The position numbers were made by a program, and so were the translations under genes. Positions 28,462 to 40,764 of a stretch of 64,000 nt of DNA are shown piece after piece. Within the stretch, counting starts at the first letter, position 1, and every line of letters starts with the position of its first letter. The notes beneath the pieces were generated by a model that was given only the letters and a program-made list of their open reading frames with translations, was not told where the DNA came from and searched no databases. The stretch is from Magallana gigas (Eukaryota), in contig NC_088860.1 of the NCBI RefSeq assembly GCF_963853765.1, positions 42,656,001 to 42,720,000 of the forward strand, given 5' to 3'.

Positions 28462-28699
28462 ATGTTTTATTGATATTTTCCGCAGTTTCTGACTTCCCTT
28501 GATAAAACTGCGTCGGAGGTATGAGGATCGAGATAAAAGAAGATCTAAAATATGTAATGCACTTTGTATTGGAATATAATACTTTCATGGTAGTAAACCT
28601 AATAGGTAATTTGCTATTTGATAGCGACTATTTGTAGATGATAATTTATTAGAGGGGATTATGAGACTAAAAGTTCGTCATTGTTAATAAATTGATTTA

Positions 28700-28709
28700 T
28701 CTCTCTCTC

Positions 28710-28766
<57 letters not shown>
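28700..28766. repeat. (CT)n microsatellite
   Basis: Direct reading, one interruption. Confidence 0.95.
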
Positions 28767-28770
<4 letters not shown>

Positions 28771-29058
28771 AAAGCAATAACCTGCATCTAATACCCAGCT
28801 TAGTCCGCGTTTGAATTTTATGGAGGCATTAAACACAATTACTATCTTTATATTTGTACATTATTTTTTTCTCTGCCTATAACGAAAGTCCCAGGTGTAT
28901 GTCATAAAAAAATTACCATGCCAATACGTTTAGTAAAACAAGACTATTATCTGGTGGTTACACGAAAGGAAAATGTCCCGGGGGAACCCCAACCCAAGTT
29001 TATAAATACTATGCCTTTGGATTATTGCCAGACTTTAATTTTTTAAGGGGTGGACTCA

Positions 29059-29094
<36 letters not shown>

Positions 29095-30499
29095 TTCTCT
29101 CTCTCTCTGAGATACAGGGATCCCCGACTTTGTTTCGTCAAATGACAGTCAGAAACTAGAATAATGACGTTGCAAATCTGGAATTGCAACTGTCATCCGG
29201 CATTTTGAAACGGAAGCTGGCAAAATGCCAAAAAATTGGACTTGATCTTGATAATTGCATTTCTTGTCTTGTTTAATAAAAGGATCCCGAGATAACTAGA
29301 GGGCGTGTACATTGTTCAAGTAAATGGATTTCTAGGAGCCGTTCACACAAGACAGATTGTATATTAAACCAAATTCCCTCTCTTTAAACTGTCAATTGAG
29401 ATCATGCTATAGTTATTGACCATAAAATCAATTTTACACTTTTGGAGGGAAAAAAATCCTTTCCTCGGGAGGGCTGGATAGTCAATGCGGTTTTTTTTTT
29501 ATATATTAATCAATTATTTTTAAAACTTTCAGTTCATTTGTAAGGTAATATATAAACCATTCAGTATCCCTAAACATTTTTTTCCATTTCGATTATGATA
29601 ACAATAATTGTTGATAATAATTATTAAATAAAGACGAAAAGTTGATTCATGAAATTTCCAATATCAGTGTACATATACGTGTAATGTATTTGACATTTCA
29701 ATTGGCTTTAAAATAATAAATCTACCGGTGACCTCTATCTAGCATCTACCTTAAATATAGAAATAACATCAACTTTGAAAGTATAACTGAAGTAAATAAA
29801 ACATAAAAGTCTTGGTTTGTACCAAAACTTCATGTTAAAGCAATATGAGCTGTATTTTTTAGAATTTTATTTTGCTGGAAAAACCTGCTAGTATGCTTAG
29901 TCTGCGTGTAACTTAACTTGTATAAAAAATACATGTATCAAGATTTTTTTAAAAAAATCTTTAATTTTTGTCAGAAGAAAGATTTTTCTTCTAAGGAATA
30001 TTATATATAACAATTCAATTTTTGTACAGAACGACAAAAATTCAATTTTGCTTCAATTATGGTTTATTAACGGCTTTTCCAACAAAACTTAGGGCAACAG
30101 AGGTTCAAAAACCATGATATTTTTGTCATTGCATGTATAACATTTTCATAAAAAATTAAAGCTAATATTGCTTTAAAAAACAATTGCTCAATAATTCCAT
30201 ACACTCACTTGTAAACATACAATAAAACATTCATTTCCTCTGTAAATATGGAATAAGACCATTTTCTATCATATGTCATTTTAGTTTCACTGTGCGTACT
30301 TTCATTTATGCGTTGGTCTTTCCAATATATTGACGAATTCACTGCTGAAAATTTCCGCCGCTTAAATGAATTACTGTCAACGCTAACAAGAGCTTCCTCT
30401 AATATTATAATATGTAAAAGTTTCCATCGTGTTTTTTTTATAATGACCATTTCATGAAGCCTTCCCTGGTTCCAAAACTCGTGGCGAGATAAATAATTA

Positions 30500-30502
<3 letters not shown>

Positions 30503-30562
<60 letters not shown>
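30503..30562. repeat. (CT)n microsatellite
   Basis: Direct reading. Confidence 0.95.
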
Positions 30563-30565
<3 letters not shown>

Positions 30566-30763
30566 AATTATATGTATGTTTATCTACTGTCAAAATTTCA
30601 ACCACTTTTTATGCGGACATGTATTTCTTGACCTTTGATACTTTTGTGTTCACAAGTTAACATCACTACTTATGTACGAAAGCGTGTTCTAAGTTTTCAG
30701 AACTTGTGCCTACTCCTTTTGTTTTCACCATCAAATAATCAAGTACATGTATGATCATACCAC

Positions 30764-30813
<50 letters not shown>

Positions 30814-31737
30814 TTAGACGCAATTCATTTTCTTGTTTGATTTTCAAATTAAAAGCGTAGAGCACCTGGTGTTTGATTCACTTCCGTTGTATTGATTGCT
30901 GGCTGAATTTATTCCTCTCTTTATAAATTCGTCGAGTTAATTAGACAAAATGAGCGAAATCCCATCAGACCAATTTAGTTCAATGGAATTTTATGTCAGT
31001 TTGGCTGAAACGCCCTTCAAATAACCTTTTTGCATAATGAAATATATTTGCGTTTTGTCCTTGTGTTTCTTTCTCTCCATTTAGTTCTTTCACTCTCAAG
31101 AACAATGGGAATAAAACTGTTATTTATTTTGTGTATATCTCCTCGTTAGTTTGACACTATATTAATTAATAATATTAATTGCTTTTTTTGTTTTTTTTTG
31201 TTTGAGATCATTCATCTCTTGTAAGTACCTCGATTTAAAAGCATCGATAGTTCTACAAATCAATATATAAAATTGATTACTATGAGGTCTCTATAAGAGA
31301 ACGGCATTCGTCTTCATGCCTGACTTTTGACAGACGGGAATTCTAATAAGCAGAAAGCTTTAATTTCGTCACCGGAAAAATTGCCAGAAAAGGGCGTCGA
31401 TGTAGTAAAATTCCGCTTAATTTTCACATTTATTTTTGCTTTTACGCTAAAATCGATTTTTGCTCGCCATCACATACACAGGCGGCAGTCTTAACAAAGT
31501 TAATAAAGCCCTTAACAAGCCAAATACGGCGTCTATCTCGTCTCAGTTTAATTAATATTTTAAGTACAATGAAACAACACTTCATTTAATTTAAACGCGT
31601 ATTAACGACTTACTTGTTTAATCCTTGAACTATGTTGAAAACACTTTGTAGATGATTCTATCAACAGTGTTAGCGACAATTTCCTCCTCGTTATTACAAC
31701 TTCCTTTTTAATCCATTGCAATTCCTCCCGAACCTAC

Positions 31738-32298
31738 CACAGCATAAGGGACGTATGGAGATCTATGAATTCACAGAGCCATCTTGGTCAATACTTCCTA
31801 TTTTGTCCGCGTCGACAATCACTCCAATAGGAAAGTAGAGAGAGATGGTTAGAGAGAAAAAGAGAAGAAAAAAATCAGTTCTCGTGACTCCGAAAATAAA
31901 TCCAGCGTGATTAGACCCGGCGCACGCGGTCCAGAGAGTCCAGCACCCAACCCGCAGACGATCGACCAAGAATGGCGCCAAATATCGCCCGAGAATTGCG
32001 TCCCCCGCTCCGCTGTCGCCGGATTCTCTTGGTCCGATTTTTATTATTCACGGAGTCTGATTGGGACTTTCTGCATTCATCATACAAACCTACAAAGAAT
32101 CTTGCCTGTGTGTAGAATCTGGGATAAGTTTGTTATTTTTGATATCGATTTTTGACGAGATCATTGGGGGGCCGACTCTCTTCCAGCTTCTATCGATTCC
32201 ACGGGCCTTCTATCATCTTTGTTTAAGCCTTTTTTCTTCTTTTGGGAACATACTCTGGTCCGGTGTTGGGATATTTTGGTAGTTTACTCCTTTATATA
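31738..32298 (-). promoter_or_regulatory. Candidate promoter and non-coding first exon, possibly of the CNG gene
   Basis: CpG-rich island in AT-rich surroundings; minus-strand TATATAAA at 32291-32298; possible donor TG|GTAGGT at 31738/31737; no convincing ORF. Assignment to CNG is inference from orientation only. Confidence 0.3.
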
Positions 32299-32987
32299 CA
32301 CGCGTCCGAGTTCCGTGTGTCCGGCCGGCGGTTTTCCGTGGAATCTAGGCACACAGCTAGGACGCCAGGACTCGGGGTAAAACCGACCCTCCCCTGGGTA
32401 TTTCGTGGTATCGGAAATCTAGTAATTACCGGTTTAATTATAGATGCGTACATTGGGAGACACGGTTGCCGTTAAACACTAATACATGGACCAGCGTAGT
32501 GAAACAGTGCATGGATTGTGTATGACCTTGGCTGATTGAGGCCCGGGCCGCTATGTGGTCGCATTGTCGCTCTCGATATCTTGATGCTTCCGATGAATAT
32601 ATCAGCAACTTAATCTCCATTGTTGATCAAAGAAATTGAATTCTAAACTACCCTCGGAATGATGGAAAAATCGTTAGTGCACCCGAAAATTTCCAATATG
32701 GAAGGTGTCATCTCATCTTTATGCCCGTCATTATTCCGATTTTTAACGGTATTCCAGATTGCCATCAACGATCGGGGGCATCTATTGTTGTTTGGCGTAT
32801 ATGTGAGAGATTTATGGGTATCAGTTTTTACAAATTTCTGATATAGATTGATGTAGTCTTGATTTATATTCAATAATAATCTGTATAATGATAGGCCAGT
32901 AATTTCGAATAAAATAGAATTTTATATTCCCTCTCGGCTGCATGGTTCCTCTTTTGAATTTGCAGATATTAAAACTTTCGTAGATTG

Positions 32988-32991
<4 letters not shown>

Positions 32992-33043
<52 letters not shown>
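32992..33043. repeat. (GA)n microsatellite
   Basis: Direct reading. Confidence 0.95.
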
Positions 33044-33046
<3 letters not shown>

Positions 33047-33913
33047 GCTTTTTATATCGTACACATTTATGTTACCAAGTTATATATTTTAATGCTTTAA
33101 AAAAATATTATTAAAATATCTGATGTCACACATTGCCAGTAGAATGTATCACTTTAATATTAGTAACGATTTTATCAAATGCCTGAAAAAGTCTAGCTAT
33201 ACTAAACAAACACAATACTAAGTCCCTGTGGGTTTCTTTTTTCAGGAGATTTTGAAACATTTTCCTCTAATTGAAACACATTAGTAGACAAGCTGTAAAA
33301 AAGAAAAAAAATAATTCAATATTTTGATATACTCGTTGCATCAGTTTTAAAAACAATTTTAATTTTACGTCGTTTTTGCATACTGTTTTTGTCAATAACA
33401 TATAAAAGAATGTCTAAATATAAACTTTTATAGGTTTTAATAAAAAGTTAATTTATGTTCTGAGTTGGGTAGTCTTATTTTTAATGCAACGTATGTATAT
33501 CGTTTTTAAAGCATATATATATTTACATTTTAATATACATTTCTAAGTATAACTACATCTGTATCATATTAAAACCCATTTCTCGTTTGACATTGTACGT
33601 TATGCAAGGCAATGTATAAAACTTTTTTTGCTCTCAATATATTTGGCACTATAAAAAATAATTTGAAAAATAATATACTAGTAATACAAAGCAATAAAAA
33701 TATTTCATCGAATTAACAATATTTGATCCTATGTTAAACTCCTCAGCTGTTAAACAGGACATCAGGGAATCCCATTCTACGTTCCTTTCTTAGGATTAAA
33801 GGTGTTGAAATATCCAAATCTGTATTTGTATCTTTAAATAACATATTCGCCGCTTTCGATGTGTCGCACACATTTTAAAATTTTACCGATATTTTTAAGA
33901 GTACATGTATTTA

Positions 33914-34062
33914 AGAATATTGTTAAATAAAAATGATGCATTTTTCTACAGCCACATATAAATTGGGGTAAATATTGAAAATTGTATTTTAGAATATTGT
34001 TAAATAAAAATGATGCATTTTTCTACAGCCATATATAAATTGGGGTAAATATTGAAAATTGT
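33914..34062. repeat. 77-bp tandem duplication
   Basis: AGAATATTGTTAAATAAAAATGATGC...GAAAATTGT occurs at 33914 and 33991, differing by a single internal substitution. Confidence 0.92.
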
Positions 34063-34947
34063 CTAAATTTGAAATTAAAGCGCTTTATTGAAGACCCCAT
34101 CTTGCACTCAGAGCTACACATTAATTTTTATTTTCGTAGGTTCGTCACAGTGCATTTAGTTGAAATCATCGAGGTGATTGTGTCTGCAAACTTACTTTTC
34201 ACACCGAGGGTAACAATTGTAGAAGGTTTGAAAATTTTAACTGAATGCCATCATTTTGTTTCTGAAAACAGTTCTAACAACGCCAGAGGGATTCACAGCA
34301 AAGTCCAGCAAGGAAATAGGTCTGCGGTGCTTTTTTTTTTTTTTACAAAATAAATCACGACTATTTTGATCAGACCGCGCAGAGAGCTAAAGACCTGCAG
34401 CTACTTGAAGACTAGCTGGATCGTGCATCTTCCAAGTCCCTGATAGTCATGCAATTGCTTCTTAGTACGCAAAGTTTATCAAAAAAAAAACTTTGAAATA
34501 AAAAAAAAAAACCTTGAAAATTAAAAAGAACGTTGAAATTTTCAAAACATTCCAGTCTCTAAATATATAATCGTATTTTGCTGGTTTTAAGTGGATATTT
34601 ATGGTAACTGTCATTTTTATCATTTATATTTTGGTCGTAAGTCGCATTTTTTTTCTTTTTGTGAGAGGTTAGCGTTATACATGTAGACTCTGTCTGAGCT
34701 GCCTATAGTATAACGTACTGAGACGGAGGAATGACGTCACTGAGCCCAGCTTCTGTAGCAGTGAGTAAAGTCATCGAACTGTTTATGATGTAATATTTAC
34801 ATTTAAGTAGGTCATGGCCAACTTGTCACGTGATTGCAACTGCAAGATAAGTAGAGAAGACTTGGCGACAATCTAGGTGGGAATCAGAGATGTATGATAT
34901 ACAGAATGAACAGCCCTGTCATCTCTGAATCTGATGTTTATTACAAT

Positions 34948-34979
34948 CAGGGACGTATATACTAATATATACGTCCCTG
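34948..34979. repeat. Perfect 14-bp-arm hairpin
   Basis: CAGGGACGTATATA-CTAA-TATATACGTCCCTG, with TACAATC direct repeats on either side. Confidence 0.85.
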
Positions 34980-35371
34980 GTACAATCAACTGTATATTTT
35001 TATTAATCGATCAAAGCATAAAAACTATTAATAATAAAACATTTACAAAGCCTTGAAAAAGAGGTTTGTTTTGCATAATGAAACATGTAATGTGTCGAGT
35101 TTAGCTATATAATTCACGAAAAACTAACCTTACCTTTTTAATGATAGTGAAAATTATATTAGAAAATTGATAAATTCGGGTGTTCATGCTTCTTAATCAC
35201 AGAATAATCACAGAATATTTTCTGTTTTGACCTTGATTGTTGAGATATACCATGATAACAAAAAGCTATGATACAAAATAAAATTAATATTAAGGTCATT
35301 CAATAAACACAATTATGGCTTGCATAAGTTGGCAATACATCTACCGTGGTCATTTAGACCCGTCAACTTAC

Positions 35372-35454
35372 ACATCTATGTCTGTCACTCGATGCACATT
35401 TTCCAATGTAATGACAATTTAATTGACTGCTGGAACCCAAACATTCGTCACAGT
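35372..35454 (-). CDS. Candidate orphan Cys-rich exon (Ly6/three-finger-like Cys spacing)
   Basis: Acceptor TTTTATGTTAATTTTTCAG and donor TGT|GTAAGT. The 83 nt encode (D)CDECLGSSSQLNCHYIGKCASSDRHRC, i.e. C-x2-C-x8-C-x5-C-x7-C. Partner exons were not identified. Confidence 0.4.
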
Positions 35455-36469
35455 CTGAAAAATTAACATAAAAGTTAAAACCAATATAAAAAAGTATTTT
35501 ATTATTTTTTTTGAGGGGGGGGGGGGGGGGGGGGGTGATAATAATATGAATACTCCCAAAAACCAAATGAATGATTAGTTTATAGTTTAGATAAAAGAAG
35601 TTTGAAAGCATTTGCTAGAGAAGATGTAGATATAATTGTTGTTACAAATAATAAATTAATCAAATATATCGTTATTTGTACATGTAATTTCAGTGTTTGT
35701 TATAAAATCCTTTTTAAAAATATTGCATTTTAATTACAGTAATGTTCTAGTCGGTGGTTTACCAACATAATTTTATGAAACCTTTATTGGGTTACTTTTC
35801 GTTCAAAATTATGCCAAATTGATATATATTTCTTCAAATTAATATTTTGATACATGAGAGAAGAAATAACAAAATGAATGTTTTCGACTAAATCACACTT
35901 ATATGTCCCATGAAATGGTTACTTTTTGATTTTTCTTTTATTTACATGTACTTGTTGAAGGAAGCTGCCCACTAAATATTCTTAGTCCAGAACCCCAAAA
36001 ACGTATTAAGGATGTTGTGATATTTTAATTTAAATATTAGACATCACAAATCTTAGTTTCTTTGGCAACACATGACTAAAGAACCATACAATGCGCTCCT
36101 TCTGGTTAATTGTTCATTCATTTACCACATCAGTTGATTAATTACCATCTTTAAAATGTTTAAATTTCTTTGCAGATGTGCTCAACAATTTTACCGAATG
36201 GCTAGCAATGATGACTTTGGAAGTATCTGTGTACATATTTATTTCGTATCAGCCTTAAACCGAAGAATAATTGCAACCTTTTAAATTAAATTTATACTTC
36301 TGGTAATCAAAATAACGGTGCATCCTTACTAGCATACAGTCAATGTGCGTAGTGGTACTTGAAGCCTGTATTATAGCCTCTAGGATTGGGTTAATGTGAA
36401 GGGTCATAGCTGAACATTAAAATGTCTAAATGAAGCTTTGTCAACTTTAAACATTGCAAAATAATATTC

Positions 36470-36915
36470 AAGGCCAAAGTTTTAAGAAATGGTTGGGCGA
36501 AAACTGGGGATGGTATGATGCTTAATTATCCCAATTCATTGAATTAAATAAAACTTTAATCTTATCATTTTAATTATCATTAATATATAACAGTGAAATT
36601 TGTAAAAAGATCTGCCCCAGAGGTTTGCCTGTTCAAAAGAGAAATGTACATGCTTACCTAAAGTGGTTTGGTATTTTCATTTTGGATGAATCTACTAAAG
36701 TGCGGTACTCTAGTACGTTTTAGAATGTCCAAACCTATATATACTGACAAGAAATGCATTATTCATTATACTTCCAAAAGAAGAACAACTCACGTTTTTT
36801 TCGGGTTTTTTTCGTATTCAGTGTGTCAGAAGAATCAATACTGACATGAGGTTAGTGAGCGTTAATTAGATAATGTGGGTAATCTTGACTGCTGAGCATT
36901 ATACAGTTTAAATCA
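36470..36915. repeat. Diverged duplicated segment, copy 1
   Basis: Shares anchors AACTTTAATCTTATCATTT, AAAGTGGTTTGGTATT, CCAAAAGAAGAACAACTCAC, CAGAAGAATCAATACTGAC and GTTAATTAGATAATGTGG with 39115-39560 (offset about 2.64 kb). Confidence 0.8.
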
Positions 36916-36947
36916 AACATGACTTGAAACACCTATTTTATCAATCG

Positions 36948-36950
<3 letters not shown>

Positions 36951-37014
<64 letters not shown>
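36951..37014. repeat. (TA)n microsatellite
   Basis: Direct reading. Confidence 0.95.
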
Positions 37015-37015
<1 letters not shown>

Positions 37016-38226
37016 CTTTTCATCAAACTATCTATCTATTCATCTTTATTTTGAATTTAAACAGGAGGTAACTGTGATGTATTTTTTGATGAATACTACT
37101 TTTTAAATACAAACTGCTCATATACATATAAGTCTTGTTCTTTAAGGGGGATATCGCGGCCATCTTGTACATTTGAGGATAAGAATGTAAACATTTTTTG
37201 AACTGGCTTGTTTCTGCCAGAAACTGGCCAAAAATGTTGCCAAAGATATAAAAGCAATAAATATGAAGTCGAACAAGTCACTTTGTTTGAAAAGTATGCA
37301 TACAAGAATAGGACAATGCCTTTTTAATCACTCAAAACAGCCGTCGAACTGCGCAGATACAGACTTATTTTCAAGATTTAAAAATCTGAAAAAATATGAA
37401 TGGGGTTCATTTGAGTCCTTTCTACAACCATTTGTTGAGAAAAAGTTTGAATTTTGCTCATTTATGAAGGTCGTGTTTTATAATTTGTTGTGGATTTGAA
37501 ATCCTGGGAAGCGTTAATCCACAACAATTGTGCTATAACGTATATGATATTTCCATTGATAGTAACGTTAACATTCTTATTATCAAACGCCACAGATATA
37601 ACAGAAATAGTTCAAATTGTTATTAAATTATTATGCAGATTACAAATGACATTGAAGACAACTCAAAGTCCAATTCAAAGTTTACAAAGTTATGTACAGT
37701 AAAACTAAGTTAAAAAAAGCCCTTGCAACCATTTTTATACACTTTGCAATATCTTTAGTTCAATTTGTCCATGTTAAAACAATATCACAAAGATTTCATC
37801 AAAAATTTCAGAGTCAAAATTTGCTTACGCCAAGTTGTTAACATTGTAATGAGGTATCGTAAGTAGAAACAAAGAAAAATAATTGCATATATTAATTGGA
37901 CGTCATCAATCCATGTGATTGGATACATTGTAAAACAACGCAGAACGCTATAAAAGGTTTTTTTTTTTAAATATAAATATCTTCTTATTACATATTAGAA
38001 ATACACGTTTTCCATTATATACTTTGTTTATCTACTTATTTATAATTGCTTTCAGAATATTCCAAAGTGTAGCAGAACACAACAATATCACGTTTGATAT
38101 GAAATTTCAGTAATGTAAGTTTGATAGCGAAGCGCCAAGTGCAAAATGTTTGAAGTTCTTTGTTTGTATAATTATATGCTTGACAATAGTAATTGCTTGC
38201 AATAATGATCTGGTGGTATTTGTGTA

Positions 38227-38859
38227 TACAGTAAAACCTGTTAAGTATGTACACGGATAGAGCGAAATCTCGGATGTTTTATGGAGTCCCCGGCAAAATT
38301 CTTAACATGCAAACCGTTACAGTTACAAGAAATTCAGTTTTAAAGAATTTACGGTTATAACGAACTGATTTTAAGTCCCAAAGAGGTGAAAATTAACAAA
38401 ATTTACAATTTTTATAACGAATTGTTTTGAAGTTTCAAAACTTAGAAATACTGAAAGACAAAATTATTTTAATGAATTTGATTTTAAAAATCCATATGTC
38501 TACCATCAAATTATTTAACGTTTCTGGGGAAGGTATTTTATTTCATGCCTTAGATAACCACAAATGGTGGTCATCGTGGGGTAACATGTATAGCGAGTTA
38601 TTGCGAATTCGTTACACGATGGATTTATCAAATTTCGGATACATAATATTCCATATTTGTTAAAGAAATATTAGCTTGATTTGTTTAGATTTCTCTACTC
38701 TTACTTACTTGACCTTACATGTGTATATTTGTTCATATTTATATTTTGTACCTCATGTTCCATTGATATATATCGTTTGAGAGAAATAAACATTCTGGGC
38801 GGGATATAGGGGTAAATTTACTGGTTCTTAGGGTTTCGTTAGAACCAAGTTTTACTGTA
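38227..38859. mobile_element. TA-flanked non-autonomous DNA transposon (Tc1/mariner-pogo-like ends)
   Basis: TA + CAGTAAAACCTG ... CAAGTTTTACTG + TA. Confidence 0.75.
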
Positions 38860-39114
38860 TATTTATTTCTTATCAGCAATTAACAGAATTGGCCAGAATT
38901 GATGCATCACTTTAAATAAAAAATAATACTTCTGGTAAATAAAATTCCTTCCAGTGTTCAGTCATTTTGTGTAGGGTGCGTATTATAGAGCCTTTATTTC
39001 TGGGAGATAATTTAAAGGGTCGTGGTTGTACATTATAATGCCAAAGAGAAACTTTGAAAACATTAAACATCACAAAATAATAGTTTTAAAAAAATAGTTC
39101 AGTCAACGGGAACA

Positions 39115-39560
39115 GAGCCGCAAAACTTTGAGGAATTGCTGGGCGAATAAATGGGTTAGCTAATGTTACTTGATAGTTATCTCAATTTAAAAAATTGAAT
39201 AACTTTAATCTTATCATTTACATCAGTATTATAATAGCGAAATGTGTACAAGTAGAGATCTTTATCAGGAGGCTTATTCTTTCAACAGAGATATGTACAT
39301 GTTTTCTTAAAGTGGTTTGGTATTTCCATTTTGGAAGAAATTACTAATGTGTAATACTGATAAGTGTAATTTTAGACTTCCATAACAATGAATCGCATTA
39401 TTTATTATCATACCAAAAGAAGAACAACTCACTTTTCCCCCTTTCGAGTCTGTGCCAGAAGAATCAATACTGACTTCTCTTGACGTTGACGTAAGTGAGA
39501 GTTAATTAGATAATGTGGTGAACATCGACTATAGAGCATTACAGTGAAATTAAACCACAG
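39115..39560. repeat. Diverged duplicated segment, copy 2
   Basis: See copy 1; ends just before the LTR element insertion. Confidence 0.8.
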
Positions 39561-39595
39561 TGTAATAAGTAAAGTATATCTGTCTTTGAATATAT

Positions 39596-40098
39596 TGTAA
39601 CGTGTTTTGTCCTGGGTTCTCAGGGATAATATATGCAATAAATTTAAACTCTACCTGAGTTAATAATGATTAGTACAATGATTTTTCTCTAATTGGGTAA
39701 CGTTTAAATCACTATCAATCATAAATGGGGATAATGTGTGAGGTGGGCTTTCAGTACTGTGTGTCTATACCCGGTTCCTATTGAGAGAGAGATACTTGGT
39801 GTCTCAATCTTCTTCAGATTTACTACACCAAGCACCTCACCTCAATTCCCAGGGTTTCTTGCCACTAGTTTCTATTCAACCCTACCTCTTAACTCTTCTA
39901 TCTTTCTTCTTTCTATTTTCTTTCTATCTATCTTGTCCTTTCTACTCCGCTGTTCACAGACGACTCCCCCACACTCTACAGCACAGCTGTTTATATAACC
40001 TTGGAGTAGTCCACTCCAAGGGTAGTCAGGTTATTCCATTTCCCCCACCCAAATCTAATTCATCACAACGTTTATTATAATAAGGCATAATCATTACA
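39596..40098 (-). repeat. 3' LTR (503 bp)
   Basis: Matches 43105-43612 except for one substitution and one net 5-nt indel. Confidence 0.95.
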
Positions 40099-40115
40099 TT
40101 ACCCACGCCTCTTTT
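40099..40115 (-). other. Polypurine tract candidate
   Basis: Minus strand AAAAGAGGCGTGGGTAA (14 of 17 purines) immediately upstream of the 3' LTR. Confidence 0.6.
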
Positions 40116-40300
40116 ACCATGCGTCCCGCATGTCTACTGATTTTTATTTTTAACCAAATTTTTTTTTCAAAGGTATTTAAAATATTTATTTTTCAAATAT
40201 AAATTACAAAACTAACATAACTTTCTGTTATTGGCTGAAATAAGACAACTAGTCTCGCCATAAATCAATTACTGTTCTTTGAGAGTTTGTTTCCTTTGAA

Positions 40301-40764
40301 TTAATCAAACCAAGTGTCCTCTTCAAATTTCTCAATATTTTCACCATTCTCTTGATATTTTCTAATTACTCTGATAATCTTCTGGTGGCCTCTCTTCTTT
40401 TGATCATCGACCTTAAAGTTGGTCTGCGTTCCAACGTCTACTTTTTCCCTCCCAACAGCCCTACAACAAGAGCAATGACTCGCTTTCAGGGGTCCTTCTT
40501 GGGACGTCGTTTCACAGATCTCTATTTCTACCTCAGGTTCTTTACCCTGTCCCTCTGACAATACTGGCTCTTCTTTTACAGCTTTGCGTTTGACACCTGG
40601 CAATCTTGGGGTGGTTCTCTTTCGGTATGTTCTTCCGACCTCCACTTCGTCAAATATCAACTCTCCAGGGTCTTTATCCCAATCTTCATCTTCTCCAACA
40701 CTCTTTGGTGTAGACTGAATCTGGTCTTTGGTGGCTGTTTTCACTTGGTCGTCACCGTGGACTC
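40301..40764 (-). CDS. Acidic/charged tail of the element's accessory zinc-finger ORF, separated from ORF1 by a 1-nt frameshift
   Basis: Open frame ...VHGDDQVKTAT...EDEDWDKDPGEL...GRTYRKRTTP...DVGTQT...EEDTWFD*. It joins ORF1 if one A is added near 40765. Confidence 0.75.

Noticed and set aside
25729-28502. Many overlapping MDRSHYHWTAHTITGPLTL ORFs
   Set aside because: By-products of a 20-bp unit cycling through frames; interrupted by stops and started at GTG/TTG.
39738-40080. Identical 86-aa and 99-aa ORFs here and at 43252-43594
   Set aside because: They lie within the LTRs, antisense to the element, start at GTG/TTG and have no recognisable domain; identity just reflects LTR duplication.
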